Source: a virus
Taxonomy: Duplodnaviria; Caudoviricetes
Virus record (IMG/VR): IMGVR_UViG_3300029288_000067
Coordinates: 160,067 to 224,066 of that record
Strand: one strand, 5' to 3'
DNA: 64,000 nucleotides
Position numbers and translations under genes: made by a program. This document shows, in pieces, positions 42,170 to 50,463 of this stretch. The notes beneath the pieces were generated by a model. That model worked only from the letters and a program-made list of their open reading frames with translations, was not told the DNA's origin and searched no databases. Each line of letters begins with the position of its first letter. Position 1 is the stretch's first letter.

Positions 42170-43635
42170 GTGCAAAAAACCTACTCAAAGCTTTTGTTTT
42201 ATCCTCGTCTATCACAAAATGGGGGTTTTTTCGAGATTTTTATTACACGAATCTCAAAGAGCGGGATGCAATATACGATGAGGCTGTGCATTTTATTGAA
42301 GAATATTTTGATCAATCTAAAATATTCCCCACATTTGAATCTTTCCGCAGAGAGTTGACGGCAAATCAAGACGGCAATTTGCTTCAGTTCTTTACCGATT
42401 TGGAGACAAATCCGGATTATTCTACAACCGCCTGTATGGACGATGCTACATTCTTTTCCGAGATACAAATTCTCAAAAAAATGCTTTATGAAATTGATCT
42501 GTATGGGACGGTTAGTGATTTCGGGAAAGAATTGCACGGGTTGGATAAAAAAGATTTACCATCTTTTGTTGAAAAGACAGAGCAATTTATTGCCCGATTG
42601 CATACCGTGAAAGACAGAGCCTTGTACTCCAAAGCAATAACAGCATCCTTGGAATATGGAACCGCTGCCACAAACCATTTGAAAGAGTTGTATCAAAATA
42701 TTGTTGATAAAAAGCGGAGGGATGAGGCTCTTTACTACACTCTGGGATTCAATCAATTATCACATGTCAAAATTTGCCGGGGAGATTTAGTTGTTATCGG
42801 TGGATTTACATCCCATGGTAAATCGGCTCTTCTTAGAAGTATCGTATATCGAATGTTGGTGGATTATGGCTTGAACTGCTACTACAACACTTTGGAAATG
42901 ACTCATGAGCATATCAAAATTCTTTTCCAAATCCTACATGCAAACAATAGAAAAAAATTCCCGAATAAGCCCCGAATATCCTTTGAAAAATTCAAAGAAG
43001 GTGAATTATCCGAGGAAGAACAAAAATGGTTGTGGGAAGCATCGGAAGATTTTTCGAACAATAAAGAGTATGGAACTTTGTTTTTGGAATTCCCGGATAA
43101 GACAAAGTACAAACTGTCTGATTTAAAATCTCGTATATCGGAATTATCCAACACAATCATGGACATTCATGTTTGTGCCGTGGATTATATCACCCTTATG
43201 TGTCCTGTGGAATCCGACAAGGCCCGGGTGGCTTCCGAAGACTACAACCAAATGATTAAAAACTTCAAGCATATGGCAATTTCCCACCGAAATAGTAAAG
43301 GGGAAAGTGCTCCATTTATTGCATTAACCCCGGCACAGATTTCAAGAAAGGGGTTGGATGAGGCAGTAAAAAACAACAATATGTTTGAATTGGATGCTTT
43401 ACGACAATATACAGAGTTGGAGGGGTCCGCAGATGTGGTTTTAACAGTAATGCTACTGGATGAAATGAGACAGGCACAAGAAATCCAGTTGCAGAACTTA
43501 AAGAATAGAAGTGGTAAGTTGAAAACAGACCCATATAGATTTCATATCGATTTGGACTACGGTATGTCTATTTCGGAAATATCGAAGAAGAGCGCAAAGG
43601 AAGAAGTAAAAGCTTTGAAGGACCTCGATATATGA
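42166..43635 (+). CDS. DnaB-like replicative helicase
   Basis: GGFTSHGKS, TLEM, VDYITL, AQISR, ADVV, KNRSG. Confidence 0.9.
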   Translation: MSAKNLLKAFVLSSSITKWGFFRDFYYTNLKERDAIYDEAVHFIEEYFDQSKIFPTFESFRRELTANQDGNLLQFFTDLETNPDYSTTACMDDATFFSEIQILKKMLYEIDLYGTVSDFGKELHGLDKKDLPSFVEKTEQFIARLHTVKDRALYSKAITASLEYGTAATNHLKELYQNIVDKKRRDEALYYTLGFNQLSHVKICRGDLVVIGGFTSHGKSALLRSIVYRMLVDYGLNCYYNTLEMTHEHIKILFQILHANNRKKFPNKPRISFEKFKEGELSEEEQKWLWEASEDFSNNKEYGTLFLEFPDKTKYKLSDLKSRISELSNTIMDIHVCAVDYITLMCPVESDKARVASEDYNQMIKNFKHMAISHRNSKGESAPFIALTPAQISRKGLDEAVKNNNMFELDALRQYTELEGSADVVLTVMLLDEMRQAQEIQLQNLKNRSGKLKTDPYRFHIDLDYGMSISEISKKSAKEEVKALKDLDI

Positions 43636-43828
43636 AACAAAAGCTCCCGGGGAGAAAGATGTGCTCTTTTATCCGTGTACAGAAATATCTCTACGGAGAA
43701 ATATACACCTGTTGTCAATTTCCCGCGAAGAACGGTAAGCAGTTTTGTGGGAAACATTTGAAAGAAGAAAAGAAAGTTTTGAATAAATGAAGCTCTCACG
43801 GTAATATATCTTCAACGGAGGAATAGAT

Positions 43829-44083
43829 ATGGAAAAACTCTTAGTAATTTGTCTTATTGCAGTTATTGTTATTGGGGTGGCGGGGCTTTTTCTCCCGAAT
43901 ACTTTTGCTAAAGCTTTTGGGGGAACGTTGGAAATTTCCACTCCAAAAGGATTTACTGCTCTCAATGTAACATGGAAAAACTCAGATCTATGGGTTTTGA
44001 TGAAAAATGATTCCACGGGGGAATTGGTGTTTCAGGAATACTCTCGTTTCGGGATTTTACAGGGTAAAGTCATCATCAAGTAG
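43829..44083 (+). CDS. small membrane-anchored protein
   Basis: N-terminal TM; NVTWKNSDLW motif. Confidence 0.7.
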   Translation: MEKLLVICLIAVIVIGVAGLFLPNTFAKAFGGTLEISTPKGFTALNVTWKNSDLWVLMKNDSTGELVFQEYSRFGILQGKVIIK

Positions 44084-44097
44084 GCAGGAGCACACAT

Positions 44098-44550
44098 ATG
44101 AAAAAGAGCATAAAAGTTGTGGATTACCTACACACCCCAGAACAGTTACATATCTTGGATATTATGAAAAGTTGTGATGAGCTTCTCTTTAAAGAATCTG
44201 GGAGCTACCACCCTGTAAATTTTATTAATACGTTCAAACTGGACGATCTTCTTTTTGGGTGTGTGTGGGAAACTGGGGGACAATCTGGGGGAAGTTGTTG
44301 GGGTGGTAACCCACAGCAATACCACACCTCGAATAGAGAGCCAGATTTGAAGTCCCTTGATTTGATCCTGAAAGAAAAATACCCACAAATCTCTTATCTG
44401 GAATACCGAGAACTTGTATCTGATCTGTTTGTGTATGATACGGATTATCGGAGTGAATACTATGGGAATGGGACAGATTATGCTGTGAAATATTGCAAAT
44501 TGTCTGCCTTCTTGGAGAAATTGAATGCTTTCTTGAGTAGAAAGGAATGA
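44098..44550 (+). CDS. conserved phage hypothetical protein
   Basis: WETGGQSGGSCWG and EYYGN motifs. Confidence 0.75.
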   Translation: MKKSIKVVDYLHTPEQLHILDIMKSCDELLFKESGSYHPVNFINTFKLDDLLFGCVWETGGQSGGSCWGGNPQQYHTSNREPDLKSLDLILKEKYPQISYLEYRELVSDLFVYDTDYRSEYYGNGTDYAVKYCKLSAFLEKLNAFLSRKE

Positions 44551-44553
44551 CAC

Positions 44554-44994
44554 ATGCAAAAAGTTATTTTTATTGTGGGCTTGCCCGGGAGTGGAAAAAC
44601 ATTTTTGGGGAAGAGACTCCAAGATGCTTTCAATTCGGCAGGAATCAAGAATTTGTTCATCGATGATGCTTCCACAAAGGATCAAATAAAAATTGTTTTG
44701 GGGTTAATGAAGTCGGGGGAAACATTCAAAGATCTTGCATTCGATAATACGGAGTTTCTGATCATCACGGACCCCATGCTTTGTCACAAACAAGCCCAAG
44801 AGGTAGCAAAAGAAAGTTTTCATGGGGTGACACAAACTTGGGTTTACTTCGAGAATAATCCTGAGCAATGCGTCAAAAACATCCATGGAAGAGATGAGCG
44901 AGTAATTTCCCCCGGGTGGGTAACACATCTTTCCCAGATCTATCATATTCCGGAAGATGCATTCATTCACAAAGTTTTTTGTAAGGAATCTTGA
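44554..44994 (+). CDS. P-loop kinase (polynucleotide-kinase/AAA_33-like)
   Basis: IVGLPGSGKT, IDD, C..N...R lid. Confidence 0.8.
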   Translation: MQKVIFIVGLPGSGKTFLGKRLQDAFNSAGIKNLFIDDASTKDQIKIVLGLMKSGETFKDLAFDNTEFLIITDPMLCHKQAQEVAKESFHGVTQTWVYFENNPEQCVKNIHGRDERVISPGWVTHLSQIYHIPEDAFIHKVFCKES

Positions 44995-45039
44995 AGTTTT
45001 GTGCCTCTCGCGGTAATATATGAGCAGAGGAAAATAAAA

Positions 45040-45507
45040 ATGTTGAAATATTCACAAATGGAAGAAATTGAAGGTAGAATTGCAGAACTTGCCAAAAGCT
45101 CCACATATGCAAGTGTTGCGGTAACACACCGGGCATCGGATATTCCAACTGTGGGTCTGTGGTGGTACTTCAATGGGGTTGTTGTGGGGCATCCCGAAAA
45201 GGCAGAGAATTGTGAAAATGGTGCTCAGATCTGTACGGGCAAAGAACATAACCGGGTTTGGCCTTTTCTGCAGAAGGAGTATGCCGAAAAATACCCCGAG
45301 GTTTTGGATGTGGCCTACAATCAAGTAGAGCGAGGTCGTGTGTGGTATATCCCTGCGGATAAGTCATTCTTGATTACTTGCTCTACAAATATTAAAAAGG
45401 ATGGGGTAGCAATCCAAAAAATTCAAAATTTCTTCAATCTTTTCGGGAAGAGAGTTGTTGTGCAAGCTCAACCTGCACTGTACGATCGAGAAATAAAATT
45501 GAAATAG
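45040..45507 (+). CDS. hypothetical protein, paralog A
   Basis: YNQVERGRVWY; start trimmed to MLKYSQ. Confidence 0.75.
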   Translation: MLKYSQMEEIEGRIAELAKSSTYASVAVTHRASDIPTVGLWWYFNGVVVGHPEKAENCENGAQICTGKEHNRVWPFLQKEYAEKYPEVLDVAYNQVERGRVWYIPADKSFLITCSTNIKKDGVAIQKIQNFFNLFGKRVVVQAQPALYDREIKLK

Positions 45508-45522
45508 GGAAAAGGACGATGT

Positions 45523-45966
45523 ATGAGAAAAATTCTTGTGGTTGATGAGCCATTTGAAAAGGATAGCACCGGAACTGTTGCCAAGATTATTACCTCTTCT
45601 CAGCCAATGGTGGGTATTTGGTGGCTTGTGATGGGAGAGTGCTATGCTTTTCAGGAAAATGCTCATGAATGTCCACAAGGGCGAATTGTATGCACAAATA
45701 AAGAGCATTCGCGTGTGTTCTATAAGCTACAAGAAATGCTCTCCTCTGAAATTCCTGAAATAAATGTAGTCCAGTATAATGAGGTGGAGAGGGGCCGCGT
45801 ATGGTTTGTTCCAGCAACAAAGGGATATCTTATCACTTGCTCTACAGAAATTTCAGAAAACCCAAAAGCAATCAATAGAATAAAAGAAGCTTTTGGTATT
45901 TCTTCGAAAATGGTACAAGTCCGAGTAGAAGTTCAGTACGATGTTTTTGAGACAAAATTGAAATAG
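45523..45966 (+). CDS. hypothetical protein, paralog B
   Basis: YNEVERGRVWF; co-linear with paralog A. Confidence 0.75.
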   Translation: MRKILVVDEPFEKDSTGTVAKIITSSQPMVGIWWLVMGECYAFQENAHECPQGRIVCTNKEHSRVFYKLQEMLSSEIPEINVVQYNEVERGRVWFVPATKGYLITCSTEISENPKAINRIKEAFGISSKMVQVRVEVQYDVFETKLK

Positions 45967-45996
45967 TTGACTTTTATCAATAAACGTGGTTAAATG
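45967..45996 (+). promoter_or_regulatory. sigma70-like promoter for the TROVE operon
   Basis: TTGACT followed 14 nt later by TGGTTAAAT; imperfect -10. Confidence 0.45.
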
Positions 45997-46022
45997 TCCT
46001 AAATTCCAAACATACAGGAGAT

Positions 46023-46451
46023 ATGCATATGGGTACGAACAAAAAGAAGAGACCGGTTCTTGCTTCTGAGAGTGTTGTGAAGCGTGGGAATTTCGTGTTT
46101 CGCATGATCAGTGTTGCATCCAAGAAACGGACCTACGCTCTGTTGATTTCTGCCCCTGCCGGAGTTGAAGAAATGCTTCGGGGTGGACCTCGTGTTCGGG
46201 GAACAGCAAAGTTGAATCCTTCGGATACGTGGAATATCGAAGAAGGGCAGAAGGTTGCCATTAACCGGGCTCTTGCGAAGGTTGAACGCCGGGTTACCGT
46301 GGCAATGCGAAAGAAGGCAAAGCAGATTTCGGGAATCATGTCCGGTGTGAAGATCCCTGTTCCCAATAAAACGGATGAAACCCACAAAAAGCGTGGTCGC
46401 CCGAAGAAGGTTGAAACGTCTGGAAAGTCCGAAAATCCCGTAACAGAATAA
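46023..46451 (+). CDS. hypothetical phage protein
   Basis: GTAKLNPSDTWNIEEGQKVAINRAL motif; basic tail. Confidence 0.7.
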   Translation: MHMGTNKKKRPVLASESVVKRGNFVFRMISVASKKRTYALLISAPAGVEEMLRGGPRVRGTAKLNPSDTWNIEEGQKVAINRALAKVERRVTVAMRKKAKQISGIMSGVKIPVPNKTDETHKKRGRPKKVETSGKSENPVTE

Positions 46452-46468
46452 TACAAGGGGAAAACAAG

Positions 46469-48118
46469 ATGAACAAGAAGATTTTTGCAAACTCTACGGC
46501 TACCAAGAAAGTTCCTGTGGCTGATACCAAAAATTTGGCGGGTGGGAAAGCCTACAGCATGACCGATGAACATGCCCTTGCACAGATTGCTTCTACGGGC
46601 TGTTTCGGCAACACCTACTATGCCAACGCGGAAGATCAGCTTGAGAAGGTCCTTGAATTGGTAAAGAAGGTAGATCCGGTCTTTGTTGCAAAATTGGCTG
46701 TGTACTCTCGGAAAGAGGGCTACATGAAGGATATGCCTGCAGTTCTTGCCGCGTATCTTTCCACGGTGGATGCCGGATTGCTCCGTAAAATTTTCGCACA
46801 AGTTGTTGATAATGGGAAGATGTTGCGGAACTTCTTTCAGGCAATCAAATCGGGGAAGTTTGGTCGTACGTCTTTCGGACGGGCTCCAAGTTCCCTCATT
46901 CAGGGGTGGTTTGACTCCCACGATGAAGATTACATTTTCCGGAACAGTATTGGAAATGATCCTTCATTCTCGGATATCATCCACAACATCCACATCAAGC
47001 CAAAAAATAAGGCCCGGGAAGCCCTTTACGGTTACATCATGGGTAAGAAAGTAGTAACAAATGCGAAGGACATGGTTAAATCCAAGTCCGGCAAGTTTGT
47101 TACCGTACAAGAAAAAACCCTCCCGGGCATCGTTCGAGAGTATGAGGCATTCAAACGATTCAAGTTGGACGGGAAGAAGTGTGTTGGTCTCCCGGATGTT
47201 CCTTTCCAGATGTTGGATAGTCTCAACCTCTCCTCTGAAGATTGGAAGGAAGTTGCAAAAAATGCCCCGTGGCATATGTGCCGTATGAACTTGAACACCT
47301 TCATGCGTCATGGTGTATTTGCCGATTCTGAAATGGTGACTTTGATTGCAGATAAGTTGAAAAATGAGTATGCAATCAAGAAATCCAAGGTATTCCCATA
47401 CCAGTTGTTCTCTGCCTTCACGTATGCGGATGCGGCAATGCCACATGCTATTCGGGAAGCCTTGCAGGATGCTTTGGATGTTTCTCTCTACAATGTTCCG
47501 GAGATGGCGGGGAATATTGTGGTGTGTCCTGATGTTTCTGGAAGCATGAAATCTCCTATCACGCAGGCCCGGGGAGTTGCTTCTAAGATTCGCTGTGTGG
47601 ATGTTGCCGGTCTTGTGGCCTCTGCTATCCTCCGAAAGAATAAGAGTGCTCGGGTTATTCCTTTCGAGAATGATGTTGTGAATATTCCTCTGAATTCTCG
47701 GGACTCCGTAATGACCAATGCGGCAAAACTTGCTGCGGTTGGTGGTGGTGGAACTTGTTGCGCGGCCCCTCTTGTCAAGCTCATCAAAGAAGATGCAAAG
47801 GTTGATTTGATCGTGTATGTCTCCGATAATGAATCTTGGATCAACCCAGCAAGACACACGGGATATGGGTGGGGAAGAACATCGACAAGTGGAACCGCTG
47901 TAATGGATCTTTTCCAGAAGTTGAAGCACAAGAATCCGAATTTGAAGATGGTTTGTATTGATCTCACCCCGAATACAACCCTGCAGGCTCCTGACCGAAA
48001 GGACATCCTCAACATCGGGGGGTTCTCGGATACAGTGTTTGAATTGATGGATCTCTTCCATCAGGGTTTGTTGGATGCAAAGCATTGGGTGGATGTTGTT
48101 AAAAAAGTTCAACTTTAA
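46469..48118 (+). CDS. rsr: Ro60/TROVE-domain RNA-binding protein (Rsr-like)
   Basis: NLAGGKAY, TGCFGNTYY, GYMKDMP, MNLNTF.RHGVF, VFPYQL; vWA DVSGSM, GGGT, SDNESW, IGGFSD. Confidence 0.95.
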   Translation: MNKKIFANSTATKKVPVADTKNLAGGKAYSMTDEHALAQIASTGCFGNTYYANAEDQLEKVLELVKKVDPVFVAKLAVYSRKEGYMKDMPAVLAAYLSTVDAGLLRKIFAQVVDNGKMLRNFFQAIKSGKFGRTSFGRAPSSLIQGWFDSHDEDYIFRNSIGNDPSFSDIIHNIHIKPKNKAREALYGYIMGKKVVTNAKDMVKSKSGKFVTVQEKTLPGIVREYEAFKRFKLDGKKCVGLPDVPFQMLDSLNLSSEDWKEVAKNAPWHMCRMNLNTFMRHGVFADSEMVTLIADKLKNEYAIKKSKVFPYQLFSAFTYADAAMPHAIREALQDALDVSLYNVPEMAGNIVVCPDVSGSMKSPITQARGVASKIRCVDVAGLVASAILRKNKSARVIPFENDVVNIPLNSRDSVMTNAAKLAAVGGGGTCCAAPLVKLIKEDAKVDLIVYVSDNESWINPARHTGYGWGRTSTSGTAVMDLFQKLKHKNPNLKMVCIDLTPNTTLQAPDRKDILNIGGFSDTVFELMDLFHQGLLDAKHWVDVVKKVQL

Positions 48119-48121
48119 CGC

Positions 48122-48150
48122 TTGCATAAAACAAAATGTTGTGGTAAGGT
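48122..48150 (+). promoter_or_regulatory. sigma70-type promoter of the Y-RNA/tRNA operon
   Basis: TTGCAT-17 nt-TAAGGT with extended TGn; overlapped by a 14-bp inverted repeat (48138-48182). Confidence 0.65.
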
Positions 48151-48185
48151 AGAAACGTAAGGACAAAATACCTTACCACAACTAC

Positions 48186-48222
48186 AGCCCCCCTAAAGGG
48201 CTAGGTCTTTGAATAATTAAAT
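48186..48222 (+). promoter_or_regulatory. boxB/boxA-like antitermination site
   Basis: Hairpin AGCCC/GGGCT then GGTCTTTGAATAATTAAAT. Confidence 0.55.
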
Positions 48223-48229
48223 AGTTAAA

Positions 48230-48300
48230 AACTGGAACTACCGAGTGGTTTACATTTGTATCATCACAAAACCAAACAACTACTCAAAATTTGTCCAGTT
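48230..48300 (+). ncRNA. Y-RNA-like element 1 (minimal)
   Basis: AACTGGA/TCCAGTT outer stem, ACTAC loop, GAGTGGTT/AACTACTC inner stem, TACA. Confidence 0.75.
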
Positions 48301-48308
48301 CGATTTTA

Positions 48309-48455
48309 AGGTGGAAACTACGCAAGGGATTACATGGACATTAAATCCCCCGCTGTAAAAAGCATGTAGGTTCGAGTCCTACTCTCCCCACTCATGGGGA
48401 GATGGCGAAATTGGTAGACGCAGGAAAAAAATATCTCTTCATCTTTGATCCACCT
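48309..48455 (+). ncRNA. Y-RNA-like element 2 (permuted tRNA-Leu-like domain)
   Basis: AGGTGGA/TCCACCT stem; T-arm, then loop-closed acceptor TCTCCCCA-CTCA-TGGGGAGA, then D-arm. Confidence 0.85.
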
Positions 48456-48471
48456 GATTTTATAAGTTAGT

Positions 48472-48537
48472 GCTTGAAACTATCCGAGGGATTACATTTT
48501 TTGGTAAAATAACAATCTCTCACTATTTTGTTCAAGC
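48472..48537 (+). ncRNA. Y-RNA-like element 3 (minimal)
   Basis: GCTTGAA/TTCAAGC and GAGGGATT/AATCTCTC stems. Confidence 0.75.
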
Positions 48538-48540
48538 CAT

Positions 48541-48613
48541 AGGGTATTAGTTCAGCGGCTTAGAATCCTGGCTTGTCACGCCGGAGACACGGGTTCAAAT
48601 CCCGTATACCCTG
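48541..48613 (+). tRNA. tRNA-Asp(GTC)
   Basis: Cloverleaf, acceptor AGGGTAT/ATACCCT, loop TTGTCAC. Confidence 0.9.
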
Positions 48614-48614
48614 C

Positions 48615-48750
48615 TGTGAGGAAACTACCAAAAAGGGGTTACTTCAATGTTAATGACGTGATGGGGGTTCGAGTCCCCTCCTGGAGGTCTAACTTCTGGG
48701 TAGTTTAATGGTAAAACCCGAAAAATACCTCTTTATTTTTGTTCCTCATA
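48615..48750 (+). ncRNA. Y-RNA-like element 4 (permuted tRNA domain, GTT loop remnant)
   Basis: TGTGAGGAA/TTCCTCATA stem; T-arm before D-arm TAGTTTAATGGTAAAAC. Confidence 0.85.
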
Positions 48751-48753
48751 TAT

Positions 48754-48826
48754 GCCCTCATCGAATAATGGCTTAGTTCGCCAGCCTTTCAAGTTGGAAA
48801 TACCGGTTCAAATCCGGTTGGGGGTA
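48754..48826 (+). tRNA. tRNA-Glu(TTC)
   Basis: Cloverleaf, loop CTTTCAA. Confidence 0.9.
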
Positions 48827-48829
48827 CTG

Positions 48830-48975
48830 GATCGAGATACTGTCACAAGGTTTACAACGCGGATCTTTGGCCATGGGTTCGAGTCCCATTCCTCCCCCTG
48901 TAGGAGTTCTATGGGGAGGATAGCTCAGTTGGTAGAGCAAAAGAATAAAATAACTTTGTATTTTTGATCTCGATC
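48830..48975 (+). ncRNA. Y-RNA-like element 5 (permuted tRNA domain)
   Basis: GATCGAGA/TCTCGATC stem; T-arm, TCCTCCCC/GGGGAGGA, TAGCTCAGTTGGTAGAGC. Confidence 0.85.
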
Positions 48976-48983
48976 ATCTTTTT

Positions 48984-49094
48984 CTGTAAGAGACTCACAA
49001 AGGGATTACATTTTAAGTTCAATTCTTAATTCCCCCACTCACGGGGGAATAGCCTAAATGGTAAAGGCAAATCTCTTATTACTCGCTCTTACAG
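48984..49094 (+). ncRNA. Y-RNA-like element 6 (compact YrlA-like)
   Basis: CTGTAAGAG/CTCTTACAG stem; T-arm, TTCCCCC-ACTCAC-GGGGGAA, D-arm. Confidence 0.85.
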
Positions 49095-49098
49095 TCTT

Positions 49099-49181
49099 GC
49101 GGGAGTGGTGGAACGGCAGACACGCAAGTTCGAGAGACTTGTGGGCGAAAGCTCGTGAAGGTTCAACTCCTTTCTTCCGCA
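49099..49181 (+). tRNA. tRNA-Leu(GAG)
   Basis: Class II cloverleaf, loop TCGAGAG (C33 atypical), A73. Confidence 0.8.
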
Positions 49182-49222
49182 CTGTATGTGGACAAAGATC
49201 CGGACAAAATGACCGAGTAGTT

Positions 49223-49352
49223 TCAAGGCACTACAAAAGGGTTTACAGGATATGTCGCCTAAATGGTAAGGCAGCTTCTATGGAAATAGGAGAAGATTTT
49301 CGGTTCAACTCCGAATGTACCCCCAGACCTAACTCTTTTCATTTGGCCTTGA
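49223..49352 (+). ncRNA. Y-RNA-like element 7 (non-permuted tRNA-like cargo ending CCA)
   Basis: TCAAGGC/GCCTTGA stem enclosing D-arm, hairpin, T-arm and CCA at 49248-49325. Confidence 0.8.
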
Positions 49353-49355
49353 TTT

Positions 49356-49437
49356 GCCAGCATGGCGAAATTTGGTAGACGCAGCAGACTTAGGATCTGC
49401 CGGTTAATCCGTGGGGGTTCGATTCCCTCTGTTGGCA
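49356..49437 (+). tRNA. tRNA-Leu(TAG)
   Basis: Class II cloverleaf, loop CTTAGGA. Confidence 0.92.
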
Positions 49438-49441
49438 TTGT

Positions 49442-49594
49442 ATACGAGAAAACTACACAAGGGATTACATTACGCATAGGCTTGTTAAGCCTTGGCAACT
49501 TATGTGGGTTCGAGTCCCACCTGTGTTGAGAGTTATTAACACTGTGGCGGAATTGGTCTTGTTGCCATAATCTCTTAACCTTTGTTTCTCGTAT
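49442..49594 (+). ncRNA. Y-RNA-like element 8 (tRNA permuted in the D-loop)
   Basis: ATACGAGAAA/TTTCTCGTAT stem; AGGC-TTGTTAA-GCCT arm, T-arm, acceptor, TGGCGGAATTGGT. Confidence 0.8.
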
Positions 49595-49597
49595 CTT

Positions 49598-49669
49598 GGG
49601 GCTTTAGTTTAGGTGGGAAAACGTGGGCTTTGCAAGCCTAAATCCTCGGATCATACCCGGGAAGCTCCA
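49598..49669 (+). tRNA. tRNA-Ala(TGC)
   Basis: G3:U70 pair, loop TTTGCAA, atypical T-loop ATCATAC. Confidence 0.8.
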
Positions 49670-49706
49670 TTCTTATCTTTCTGCATATCAAATAAAGGAA
49701 ATATAC

Positions 49707-50399
49707 ATGCATTTTTACCACTTCGGGTATTATGATCATGACTCCCACTCTGACCGGGCTTTCATGCATGAGAAAAAATATACCAAGGCACAATTAGAGA
49801 GCTTTTTTACGAAAGCAACAATTTCTGTTTTCAATAAAAAGTGTGTTGAGGAATATTCGGACTTTATTAAGGAAACTATTCCGGATGCAGAAACCTTTCT
49901 TTCTTTTTGGGAAGAGCTTAAAAGTGCTCATGAGAAAGACACAGAAGAATATGTGTCAGATCTGTTTCATTTCATCCAAAAAAACCGGCACACTTTTAAA
50001 TACCGGGATAAAGATGCCCCGGATACGCCAAATGACGCATTTGACAAATATTTCCAGATCGAGCCCTATGACAAGGCTTACTATATGGAAAAAACCAAGC
50101 ACCTTGTATATATGTCAGAGCACGTCTCGGACATGATCTGTTTTATTTATGAAGTTCTGGAAAAAGAGTATGGGTTTATTCCCGTGAAGTTTGAGACGGA
50201 TTTTTATGTAAACAATATCAATTTTTACAGTTGCGGGTGGGATACACAGCCCTTTGATAAAAAATTTGCATCTCGGGTTCGGAGAGAAACAAATAAGCAA
50301 TTGAAAGATTTATCGGAGCATTTCAAAAAGATCTTGCCAAAAGAAACAAAGGGTGTTAAGATTTATCTTTGTCACAAGTATCCAAAAACAGCCTCTTAA
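49707..50399 (+). CDS. hypothetical protein inserted in the RNA operon
   Basis: Start moved to MHFYHF after an AAGGA RBS; the upstream ORF part overlaps tRNA-Ala. Confidence 0.7.
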   Translation: MHFYHFGYYDHDSHSDRAFMHEKKYTKAQLESFFTKATISVFNKKCVEEYSDFIKETIPDAETFLSFWEELKSAHEKDTEEYVSDLFHFIQKNRHTFKYRDKDAPDTPNDAFDKYFQIEPYDKAYYMEKTKHLVYMSEHVSDMICFIYEVLEKEYGFIPVKFETDFYVNNINFYSCGWDTQPFDKKFASRVRRETNKQLKDLSEHFKKILPKETKGVKIYLCHKYPKTAS

Positions 50400-50462
50400 C
50401 TCAGTTGGTAGAGTGTCTGCTTTACACGCAGATTGTCGTCGGTTCAATCCCGGCAGAGGCTA
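50390..50462 (+). tRNA. tRNA-Val(TAC)
   Basis: Cloverleaf, loop TTTACAC; overlaps the upstream stop codon. Confidence 0.9.
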
Positions 50463-50463
50463 C

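Noticed and set aside
46964-48166. 400-aa antisense ORF and other long antisense ORFs (24848-25660, 22735-23538, 46133-46921)
   Set aside because: Shadow frames of well-supported plus-strand genes with no recognisable motifs.
48336-48348. Ochre-suppressor (TTA) anticodon in element 2 implying stop-codon recoding
   Set aside because: Loop CATTAAA lacks U33, the domain is permuted with a closed acceptor end, and genes read normally with TAA/TAG/TGA stops.
48752-49498. ORFs 48752-48967, 49058-49378, 49259-49498 (likewise 50433-50733, 57444-57972, 58309-58505)
   Set aside because: They overlap tRNAs or structured RNAs and look like spurious translations.
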